Shown here: positions 18,148-26,939 of the stretch, one piece after another
Layout of the letters: each line of letters opens with the position of its first letter
How positions within the stretch are numbered: position 1 is the stretch's first letter
DNA from: an uncultured virus (IMG/VR IMGVR_UViG_3300003324_000404)
Taxonomy: Duplodnaviria > Heunggongvirae > Uroviricota > Caudoviricetes
Length of the DNA stretch: 64,000 bases
IMG/VR virus record: IMGVR_UViG_3300003324_000404
Strand: one strand, 5' to 3'
Program-made: the position numbers and the translations under genes
Notes under the pieces: generated by a model
Database searches by the model: none
The model's input: the letters and a program-made list of their open reading frames with translations, nothing else
Told to the model about the DNA's origin: nothing

Positions 18148-20604
18148 TCAAAACCCCATTTTTGCCCCGAATCGGGCCTCGTTGAAGCTCTTCTTGAGTC
18201 CCAGGCTCTTGGCCACGGCAAGGTCGATCACAGACTTCGAAATCAGCCTGTAATAGTGCAAATCCGAAAATGACGTACTCAATCTGTCAATTCTGCCGTG
18301 TGCCTGGTGCCAATTCTTGTATGAATAGGGCATTGAGTAGAACACCATGGCGTCAGTCGAAGTACACTCCCAGGCTTCCGCCCCGGCCACATATTGAACA
18401 AGGTAGACCCACGATGTGGTAGTGGGAACCTCCTCGTGCTTGTGTCCATTCCACTCCGCGACCTGAAACTGCGGCGTAGATCCAGAACTTTTGCCATGCG
18501 AGGAGAGGCCCGACGACTTCTTCGACGCGGTTGACAATGGCTTCGTACTCTTCGGCGACAGTCTGCCCGTGAGTAAGTCGGTACTTGTCTCGGTTTGCGA
18601 TGTATCGATCGCTGGCCTTGAGCTGTGTGAGGGATTCCCAGGCCCCGGTAGGTAGCGGCTCTTCTGGTGCTCCTTCTGACATTCGTTATCCTCCAAAGAT
18701 CTTTCTGAAGTTGCGGAGCTGGTCGTCGGTGAGTGCTCGAATGCGCTGCTCAACGCGTTCATTTGCGACGACATTGACTCCATCGATGTTGATGTTGTAC
18801 TTGTCTTTTCGTTCGATGAACGGTCGTCGTCCGGACAGATCTCCCCGCTCTCCCGCAACTCCCCTGGCGTTGACGTCCCGTCCCTGCTCGTCTTCGACGT
18901 AGTCGTACTCGGGCTTGTCGAGCTTGATGGGTTCTCCCACCTCTCCTCTGGAGGTCCCGCAGTGTGCACAGACGTCTCCGCCGGTTGCGATGACTTCCTT
19001 GTAGAAAAGGCAGTAGTGTTCCCAGATCCGTGGTCGAGACTCTCTGGGTCGGTCGTTTTCCGACGCCCCGCACTCTGCGCACGGTTGCCCGACTTTGAGA
19101 GTGATGAACTTGTTTGCGAGGGTCGGAATTCCAGGGCAGATGTGACTCCAGGTGTCTGGCGATCGCACCATTCCGTCTGGTCCGGGGATGAGTCCGAGCA
19201 CCTGCAGCTCGAGCCGGATGTGCTCGCTGAGTCCTCGTCGACTCCACTGCTGTGGTGTATCGGACCCTGGGTACTGTCCCTCCATTGATTCTCCTTCTCC
19301 GTATAGTGCTGAGCGCATTTCTCCGTCGAGCTCTTTGAACAGTTCCCATCGCATTGGGTCGGTAGGTGGACTGTTCCGCACATCTCGCAGAACCCGTCCT
19401 CCCAGATTGTCCCGACGAGGCCTGCGCGAGCCGCAACGTGGACATCCGAAGAGGACTTTGTAGACGTAGGTGTCTGAGTTCTTGACGCATCGGTGAATCC
19501 AGTGTCCGCTGTCGTCAATGTAGTCGGGTCCTGACCATTCCATGTGCGATGGTCTTTGTCGTTTCGAGTATGTTGTGCCGATGTAGAAAACTTCTGGGTG
19601 TGGTCCAGGATCGGCTCTGAATCGATAGTCGTTGGGATCGATGTCGAATTCTCCATCTGTAGATTCTTCAGGCCCTTTGTCAGCTTCTCTGAGGACGTTG
19701 AGTGGGAAGACAAACTCAGATCCGTCTTTTGCGAATCGATCGGGATCTCTAGGTCCTTCAGACCCTCCCTCAGAATCTCCAGCTCGAAGTCGAAATTGTA
19801 GAACACAATCAGTCTGGGATGTGTTTTCAATAGTGATCTGATTGCCTCTAAGCGTGACTCGTCCGAATAGACAATCTGTCTCATCACACGGAAGAGTTCC
19901 GACGCGTCCGTCAGCGGCCGCTTCTCTAGCACATGCCATCTCTTCGTCACCAGTTCCTTTACTGCGTTCTTGTCATAGTCAACCCAGATGTCGTGACTAT
20001 GCCTTGTAGTGTGCTTTTCGTACGGCATGTCCACCAGCAGTTGGTTACGCCAGCGGACAAGCTTTCCTACCTGTCGGTATCCGACGACCTTGTAGTACTT
20101 GCCCGTCCACTTCTGAACGACGTGATCGTCCTTGAAAGCTGTAAGATTCTTGATGAATCCGTTAGCCCTAAAGACGGGCACATAATCGAGCCAAGTGTCA
20201 CCCGGAGTTGCTGAAAGCATGATCCAGTGATTGTTTTCGGCAATCTTGTAAAATGCCTTAACCCAGGCACCACTTCCGACAAGTCTCTGCTCGTCGAAGA
20301 TGAAGAATGCATTCTTGATGTCCTTGTACTTGTCAATGTTATTCCAGGAGTCTACGGTTAGAAGAGCTCCCATGGTCGTCTTGGGATGTGGCGACATACC
20401 AATCTGGATGAAGATGTCTTGCCAGTCGTGCTTGTTGCGCTTTTTTGCGGTGGTGATGATCACTACATCCCGGGGTGCTTCGTTCTCGAGGTAGTAGCCA
20501 ACCGCAGTATGGCTTTTGCCGACGCCCACACCTCCTGCGAGGATGCAGCCGTTATGCATTTTCTTGACTGCTACCTCTTGGTGTGGCTTCAGCTCGAATG
20601 TCAA
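18148..20604 (-). CDS. SF2 (SNF2-like) DNA helicase with an approximately 425-aa Ser/Thr-rich insertion
   Basis: GGVGVGKS, IFDEQ, LSATPG and IVFYNF before the insert. AEWNGH, LVQY.AGAE and QAHGRIDR after it. Confidence 0.85.
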   Translation of the reverse strand: MTFELKPHQEVAVKKMHNGCILAGGVGVGKSHTAVGYYLENEAPRDVVIITTAKKRNKHDWQDIFIQIGMSPHPKTTMGALLTVDSWNNIDKYKDIKNAFFIFDEQRLVGSGAWVKAFYKIAENNHWIMLSATPGDTWLDYVPVFRANGFIKNLTAFKDDHVVQKWTGKYYKVVGYRQVGKLVRWRNQLLVDMPYEKHTTRHSHDIWVDYDKNAVKELVTKRWHVLEKRPLTDASELFRVMRQIVYSDESRLEAIRSLLKTHPRLIVFYNFDFELEILREGLKDLEIPIDSQKTDLSLSSHSTSSEKLTKGLKNLQMENSTSIPTTIDSEPILDHTQKFSTSAQHTRNDKDHRTWNGQDPTTLTTADTGFTDASRTQTPTSTKSSSDVHVAARAGLVGTIWEDGFCEMCGTVHLPTQCDGNCSKSSTEKCAQHYTEKENQWRDSTQGPIHHSSGVDEDSASTSGSSCRCSDSSPDQTEWCDRQTPGVTSALEFRPSQTSSSLSKSGNRAQSAGRRKTTDPESLDHGSGNTTAFSTRKSSQPAETSVHTAGPPEERWENPSSSTSPSTTTSKTSRDGTSTPGELRESGEICPDDDRSSNEKTSTTSTSMESMSSQMNALSSAFEHSPTTSSATSERSLEDNECQKEHQKSRYLPGPGNPSHSSRPAIDTSQTETSTDLLTGRLSPKSTKPLSTASKKSSGLSSHGKSSGSTPQFQVAEWNGHKHEEVPTTTSWVYLVQYVAGAEAWECTSTDAMVFYSMPYSYKNWHQAHGRIDRLSTSFSDLHYYRLISKSVIDLAVAKSLGLKKSFNEARFGAKMGF
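18353..18682 (-). CDS. Nested hypothetical protein inside the helicase gene (-1 frame)
   Basis: GGAGG-N7-ATG start and protein-like sequence MSEGAPEEPLPTGAWESL.. Confidence 0.65.
   Translation of the reverse strand: MSEGAPEEPLPTGAWESLTQLKASDRYIANRDKYRLTHGQTVAEEYEAIVNRVEEVVGPLLAWQKFWIYAAVSGRGVEWTQARGGSHYHIVGLPCSICGRGGSLGVYFD
18686..19939 (-). CDS. Nested Zn-finger (CxxC)-containing ORF inside the helicase gene, with a strong internal start at 19285
   Basis: Open -1 frame with CPRC, CAEC and CAHC. AAGGAGAATCAATG at 19285 gives a 199-aa product. The true 5' start is uncertain. Confidence 0.65.
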   Translation of the reverse strand: MACAREAAADGRVGTLPCDETDCLFGRVTLRGNQITIENTSQTDCVLQFRLRAGDSEGGSEGPRDPDRFAKDGSEFVFPLNVLREADKGPEESTDGEFDIDPNDYRFRADPGPHPEVFYIGTTYSKRQRPSHMEWSGPDYIDDSGHWIHRCVKNSDTYVYKVLFGCPRCGSRRPRRDNLGGRVLRDVRNSPPTDPMRWELFKELDGEMRSALYGEGESMEGQYPGSDTPQQWSRRGLSEHIRLELQVLGLIPGPDGMVRSPDTWSHICPGIPTLANKFITLKVGQPCAECGASENDRPRESRPRIWEHYCLFYKEVIATGGDVCAHCGTSRGEVGEPIKLDKPEYDYVEDEQGRDVNARGVAGERGDLSGRRPFIERKDKYNINIDGVNVVANERVEQRIRALTDDQLRNFRKIFGG

Positions 20605-20607
20605 GCG

Positions 20608-22377
20608 TTACTCCTTCTTAAGCTTTTCTGCTTCTCGTTCGTACTCTCGGTGCTCTCTACAACAATGCCCGTTACCGTCAGTCATGATCTTCAGACAGCT
20701 TGTGTCGGGGTTGAAAGTGCACTTGGTTCGTTCGAGCTTCAGTCGCTTGCACGCGTCGCAGTTGACCTGCTGTTCGAACCAAGCAAACCAATGGTCTTCT
20801 TGAGCGCGAGTATACTGACCACAGAGCGCATAGTCAGTGAAACTGGTTCCTTCGGGAGCTCTCTCCCAGTCCGGATAGTGGTAGGTTTTCTCCATCGCTA
20901 CTCGACACCCCTCATTTCCCTGTCAACAAGCCCAATCATCTCTTCCCAGAACCATTTATCTACCTCGGGGAAAGCTAGGTCTTTCAAATCGTCTTCGTCT
21001 ACGAGCTGCCACCACAAGTAATGGCCTTCCTTGTAGTAGACGTCGATTCGATAGACAACACACCGACACAAGTAGCAATCTTCTGTTTTCAGATTCTGAT
21101 CTAGCTCTTGGTCGTGTCCGTGGTTGTATGGTTTCTTTGATGCGTAGACATCCTCCCAGCGATGGTCGCGCTCCATCATAAGAAGTCATCTCTGTGATGG
21201 GGCATACCACACCAGCACGCATTTAGACTGTGGGCTAGTTTTCGCTTGTCCTCGTTTGGGTTGCCGAGTAGCCTGAGGCGAATGAACTCTTGGATGGAGG
21301 CTTCTGGTCCTAGCTCCATTTCAGCCATAGCTTGAAGGCGGTCTCGCTCACGAACGCTCAGTCGAAGACCGATCTGAACTTTCCGATGCCTGTTCTCCGT
21401 TCCTGGGTTCGCCATCAGGCTTCCGGCCCTTCAAGACTCATGTCCGGAGCAACGAAACCGTAATGACAGGCTTTACAGGCTCGCAAGACGTCTCGATCCC
21501 CATGAGGAACCCACCCAAGTTCGTGCTCGGATTTGGCGGTCAGTTGAAGAATCTCCTGATGTGGCGACGGAGATTCGTTGATCTCGAAAATGTTTCGCGG
21601 TTGAGGCTTGGGATGCGTCCATAAGAACAACCAAATGCCTATCCCACCGAAAACAAATAGAAGAACCGTTATCATGCTCTCTGATCTCTCATCTTAATAC
21701 CCTTTCTGTAGAGCTCTTCGCGTGTTGGTGGGCGAACTTCTCTTTTGAAAGGCGCCAACACTTTCCCATCGAATAACAAGACACCGTTTCGCTTCAGCTT
21801 GAATCGTTTCATGTTGACGTTGAAATGGCGGTGGTGCATAGAACCTGGATGTGGGGCGCACATACAAATCCATCCGTCGGACTGACTCGCCGCATGAACG
21901 CCGCAGTATCCAAGCTCTTTCATCTTCTTGCAGATGTTTATGTGTCGACGCTTTCTACGATCAGGCACGATCCATCTCGATCGCTAGAAGCACATTCGAA
22001 CGGGCTAGCAAGAGCGGGATGAGCACGTAGTTCCCTTCACGGTCTTGGAGCTGGTAGACGTTTGTTCCTTCTACCCATTCATCCTTTACTCTTTCGAAGT
22101 CTTTCTTGACCGCCTCGATCTGCCGGTCGATCTCGACCAGAGTTTTCCGCAGAATAGAGTCCAGCCCTGCTACCTTTCCCATGATGCTAAACATCTCCTT
22201 CTGAAATCCTACGGTGTAATCAATCGGTTTTCCGGGCTTTAAGATCGTGCCTTTCCAGTAGAGAAACGAAGCACTTGGAGAGTTCCACAATCCTCTACGC
22301 CAAAGCAAGATTTTAAGACGTCTCCTCATGCTTCTCCTTGTGGTGCTCTTTGGTCCAGCGATAGGCATTCCGGACAA
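20608..22377 (-). CDS. Run of six small hypothetical proteins, including an RHH-like protein at 21176-21415
   Basis: Tightly coupled ORFs 20608-20895, 20898-21179, 21176-21415, 21415-21675, 21672-21968 and 21961-approx. 22330. Confidence 0.55.
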
Positions 22378-22564
22378 ACACTACGGTATAAACTGCCGTA
22401 CCTATCAAGAAGGCGTAGTAGCCAGTGATTAGCGAGAAGATCACCCACATGATCTGGTTTGCTATGTTAACGTACCAAGCCCACCAAATCTTTCTACCCG
22501 CTAGCCAGAAGCCCGACACACCTACTAGAGTCACGACCCATGACCAAACTTGATCGTTATTCAC
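22313..22564 (-). CDS. Small membrane protein, PnuC-like half transporter
   Basis: Three hydrophobic helices, WSWV..G.WLAGRK.WWAW..IANQ..W. Confidence 0.55.
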   Translation of the reverse strand: MNNDQVWSWVVTLVGVSGFWLAGRKIWWAWYVNIANQIMWVIFSLITGYYAFLIGTAVYTVVFVRNAYRWTKEHHKEKHEETS

Positions 22565-22934
22565 TTTCCTCCTTGCTGAGTCTCCACGGAATTCCCATTG
22601 ATAGAGCTCCTGAACGAATCTTTGCGCTTGTCACAACGGGATCGATTCCCTGGGTTTTGTCTTTGACTACTTCTGTCGCCCAGAAAGTTGCGCCCACAAC
22701 GTCTGCAATAGCCAAAGCCTTGTCTCGGGCTTCGTCATTGAATGTGATTTCGGCGGTAATGCTGCCGTCTTCTTCGCGGCGAAAGTCTGACGCCTTGCCC
22801 CACACTGCTTCTGGATCGTTGTGGTTGAAATTCCAAGTGACCGGCACGTCTCCTTCAGGGAACTTCAGAGATCCCGGTGCGAGGATGTAGCCGAATCCGT
22901 GGTCCACACCCTCGTATGCGACGACGTGCCTCAT
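22557..22934 (-). CDS. Prohead-protease-fold-like protein (degenerate)
   Basis: D..G..LAPGSL..VPVTWNFNH..WGK..EEDG.I.AEITF. Confidence 0.4.
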   Translation of the reverse strand: MRHVVAYEGVDHGFGYILAPGSLKFPEGDVPVTWNFNHNDPEAVWGKASDFRREEDGSITAEITFNDEARDKALAIADVVGATFWATEVVKDKTQGIDPVVTSAKIRSGALSMGIPWRLSKEESE

Positions 22935-23148
22935 CCGAATCGCCTCGCCCGCAGTCCGTGACGCTTGTCGATCTTTCGCATTTTCCACCAGAGACCCAGT
23001 CTGGTGTGTGAGGTGACTCGAGCGATGCGCTCAGCCCAGTGGTACAGATCCGCTCGCTTGGGCTTCTCGTCCGAGTAGATCTCCCAGTCGAAACCGGGTG
23101 CCCAGTCAAGCGGGCCTTGACGAGATCGGATAGGTCGCTTGTTTTCCA

Positions 23149-23691
23149 TCACTTCTCCTTGTTGAGTTTGTACCGATCGTCGTGCCTCGGATGCGTGTCT
23201 TTGAATTCCAGAAGCACGAACGAATGCCATGCCACACAGACCATGTGATGCGATCCAGTGTGGTTGTAGCAGGTAGATCCTTGTGGGACTGTTCCGATTT
23301 GAGCAGCTAAGGCGTACATAACATCGTTAACACGAATGATCCAGGTTTGATCTCCGCTTACCACTCTTTGTACTTCTCTCGAATCAAAAGCTATAACGCT
23401 AGGCTTCTCTCCAGCTTTCCCTTCTACAAGGAACGCACATGCCTCAGGCTCGTTTTCACACACGTCGTAGTCGTAGCCAGCCAACCAAGCAACTGAGTGT
23501 CGCTGGATGGCATCGTATGACTTGGTCCATTCGTATCCCGCACGCCACTGATGCTCGTCGTACTTCTGAGCTCCTCGTCCGAAGTGAGTTGCTAGTTCTG
23601 TGAGAGGTCCGGCTGGGATCAGAGAGTGACGCTCGATCTTGACGCCCTTCTGGCCTCCTGTGGAGGAAACGGTACGTTCTTCACGACTCAT
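23149..23691 (-). CDS. dATP/dGTP diphosphohydrolase-domain (DUF5664-like) protein
   Basis: TGGQKGVK.ER.SLIP..GAQKY...W..G..W...DA..RH...W..HH...AWH. Confidence 0.75.
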   Translation of the reverse strand: MSREERTVSSTGGQKGVKIERHSLIPAGPLTELATHFGRGAQKYDEHQWRAGYEWTKSYDAIQRHSVAWLAGYDYDVCENEPEACAFLVEGKAGEKPSVIAFDSREVQRVVSGDQTWIIRVNDVMYALAAQIGTVPQGSTCYNHTGSHHMVCVAWHSFVLLEFKDTHPRHDDRYKLNKEK

Positions 23692-23844
23692 CCGACACTC
23701 CCGCGTTATGTGCAGTCACAAGTGCTTCGACGATGTTTCTCTGAGTGGGTCCCTCCCAGTGCGCTATCGGCTGTCCATCTCCGTTCAGAACTCGACCCCA
23801 AGGAACAAGTTCGCCGTCTCTTGTGTCGTCTGTAACAGTCCAAT

Positions 23845-26324
23845 TCATTTGTTCTCCTTCTTACAAATGTGAGCTACCGCTTGGTTGTCGAACTGAACGA
23901 TCATGCTCTCTTCGTTCTTGATGATTTTGGAGACTTGAACGGCCACGCGAAGCCATTCTCCACACCCAGGGCATCTGAGTGGTGTAGTGCTCATACAAGT
24001 TCCTTTCGGTGACGATCGTTCAAACCGCGCGCTCGCATCTCCACACCAGCTCGGTGGAGAACTTTGAGAATCGTCGACTTGGCCAATCCAAATTCCTTGG
24101 CCAAACCCACACACCCGACTCCTTCGAGATAGCTCGAAACGATTTTCTGGTCTCGTGAGCGATTCTCGTCTCGCTCGGCAGCACGTCTAGCTGCCTGCGC
24201 TATTTGAATACCCATCCGCCCACTATCCGACATCGGACCGGTGTGAGTAGGCCCCCGTCGAACAGGTTCACGGGGCGGCTTGGATGAGAAGGTTCCGCAG
24301 ATGTGAAAGCCTGAGTACTTCCAACCACAGATAGGGCACGGCATTATCGCTTTACCTCCTTCCACTCTCCGTCTACGAATTTGACAAGCACGCCAAGATC
24401 GGATGCCTGCTTTCCAGGAGCCCAGGGACTCATGCCTCGCAACACATCCGCCTCGCTGAACCACGTAGGATCGGTGATGATGGTTCCGTTAGGCGCCATA
24501 ATTCCGTGAGGAATTGGATCGTCGCTCTTGAGATGCTCTAAACCTTCGATGCCCATTACTTCCTCCCATCCCACGCGTTGTGAATGACGAACCACGCATA
24601 AGTACCGTCTTCTCGTTCGATTGCTTCAGTGGTCGGCAGGCACGGACAGTCCTCGACCAGATGCTCCAGCGCATCGTCTTCAGGGACGCAGTGGACTTCG
24701 TTGATCGAGTCGAAAGCGTAGTTTTTCCACTTCTTCATCTACGCCCTTCTATCATCACCGCTGCTTGCGCCATCCCGTTCAGATAGTCCCAGCAACGTCC
24801 GAAATTCATAGCAGAGTGTCCCCAGCCTCCGTAGGGTGTAGCACCATGAAGACTGAACATCCCAGGACTCATCTCAGAGACACATACCTTGATGTTGTGG
24901 TCCGCAAGCAATACCCCAGCATGCCACCGCAACTTGTCGATGTCCTCCCAGTCTTGGCCAAGCTCTGGTTCGATGTGCGAAGACACTCGATGAGGACCAA
25001 GTTCTTCAAATACCCTACGCACGGACAGAGGCTCTCCGCTAGACTCTTCTCCTAAGATGAGTTTTTCTTCTCGCCTCATTCTCTTCCTCCGTTGGATCGC
25101 TTGGTGTTGCACCGCCCACAAACTTTCCGCATGGGCGGCACCTTCTTACCGCACTCGAGACAGAATCCTGTGGGCTTGGCGTGGCTAATGAAGTGCCCCT
25201 GGAGGCTCTCAGCGAGGATCTGATCGGCTTCTGAGAGGACTTCGGGACTTACCCGCTTCGGCTTCCTGATCGGGTCTCTAGTGCGCTTGTAGAGGCGCCC
25301 TACTATCTCCGTCCGATGCTTCTTCCTGCCCGCCATGTTTCGCCTCCTCTGCAGGCATATACGAAAGGTCTAGAGTGAAACCGATAGTCCGGTTCTTGAT
25401 AGCTTCTTCGGCAATAGCGGCAGCCACATCTCCATCTCGGAACTCGAGCTTGACAGATCCGTCATTGTCGATCACAAAAGAACAGTACAGATTCTTTCGC
25501 GATGGCGTATTGATCGTTGTGTAGCCTTCGATACTTGTGTAGTCAGTACCCATGGGCACTACAATCCTTCCGGTTCCGTCGTATATGAGATCGTTCATGC
25601 TTTTCCTAATCTAGTGGTGCGCTGCCCGATCAGCGCACCACACGGATTGATGTCAGGCGTTGTGGTACGACATGTAGCAGGGGTCGTAACAGTAGGCGAG
25701 GATCCTGCGCCAGTAGGGCGACGCTGGGACGACCTGAAGCAGGACGAACCCGCTGCCGTTGTACACGTACGTCTTGACCTTCTTGCCCTCGGGAACGAAG
25801 AAGTTCTGGGCGTCGTGCATCCCGCGATCGACGGAGCACTGGCCACGCTGGAGCAGGATGATTGCAGACCCCTCGTCCACAGCCGCCTGAATGGTGATCG
25901 GCTTGTCGATGCCGAACCCCACAACGTGACAGACGTTGGTCGCACTAGCGAATGCCGCGGGAGGTGCCGCGATGGTCAAGCCCAGCAACAGACACAGACT
26001 CGCAAACACGGCCGTGACGTGCTTCATGATGATGTTCATGCTGATTCTCCTTGATTTGCGATTCATCTAGGTTTGTTGAATTGTGAACCCAATTGGATGA
26101 GTCCTTTCGTGCCCCCTTCCAAGATGATTGACGTACGTACCCTTCGTGATGGCGTCTAGCTGCTTCCAGAGAACTGGATTGTTGAGGCGCTTCTTGGTGA
26201 TCTTCTCCCAAGGGTCCATCTTTGGAGCAGGGCGTTTGTGGTAGGTTCTGACGTATCGCAGGAAGTACGTCTCGCCAAGAGCTCCCCCCAAATCAAGGCG
26301 AGCCGCCATGTAGTACTCAGCCAT
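23845..26324 (-). CDS. Run of small hypothetical proteins, including an HTH protein at 23991-24344 and a signal-peptide protein at 25653-approx. 26040
   Basis: Coupled minus-strand ORFs with GGAG-type RBSs. LAKEFGLAKSTILKVL HTH. AxA signal-like N-terminus. Confidence 0.5.
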
Positions 26325-26634
26325 CTACCGACTTACTGAGCTCTTGGGGCGCTCGACTCATGATGTCGTATGAGTTCTCCCGGAATCCGAATCGCTTGTA
26401 GAACTGCTTGAGCTGTGGATAGCTCAACTTCGGCTCGTCTCCGAACGGAGCGACACGAAGGATCAAGTTGATCTGCACACCGTCGGCCCAATTAGCGACA
26501 CGCTGCATCAATCCGGTGCCGTGTCCACGACGCTTGTAATCGGCCGACAAAGTGTCTATCGTGGCCGTATTCTCATCTTCCCAAACGATGATCGTGCAGC
26601 TAGCCGACCGGTACGTCATTCTGATTTCGTACAT
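26317..26634 (-). CDS. GNAT acetyltransferase (copy 2)
   Basis: KRRGHGTGLM acetyl-CoA motif A and LKQFYKRFGF. Confidence 0.8.
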   Translation of the reverse strand: MYEIRMTYRSASCTIIVWEDENTATIDTLSADYKRRGHGTGLMQRVANWADGVQINLILRVAPFGDEPKLSYPQLKQFYKRFGFRENSYDIMSRAPQELSKSVDG

Positions 26635-26935
26635 CCTTCTTTCTCCGTTCTCTGAGCATGTTGTCGCCGACTGTGACTCGGAACCCGAAGTTGCTGTAGA
26701 ACTTCTTGAGCATCTCTTTGTCGAGAGGACCGTCTCGGTGAGGCCGTGCCCACAGAATCATGTCCATTCCCATCTCGTCGGCAATCTCGCAGACTTTGAG
26801 CATCAGACCGGTTCCGTGTCCGATGCTCTTGTATTCCGCACGCACATCCATCACCCGAATGATCTTCCTCTGTTCGGAGATCCGGAGATTGCAGTGTGCA
26901 GACTTGTATCTGACGTGCTTCATGTAATCAGGCAT
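26600..26935 (-). CDS. GNAT acetyltransferase (copy 1)
   Basis: YKSIGHGTGLM and LKKFYSNFGF. Confidence 0.8.
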   Translation of the reverse strand: MPDYMKHVRYKSAHCNLRISEQRKIIRVMDVRAEYKSIGHGTGLMLKVCEIADEMGMDMILWARPHRDGPLDKEMLKKFYSNFGFRVTVGDNMLRERRKKDVRNQNDVPVG

Positions 26936-26939
26936 TGGA

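Noticed and set aside
18468..19745. Intein or self-splicing intron in the helicase
   Set aside because: No Cys/Ser start with His-Asn end, no LAGLIDADG or RT ORF, and no recognisable intron core by eye. Splicing is not formally excluded.
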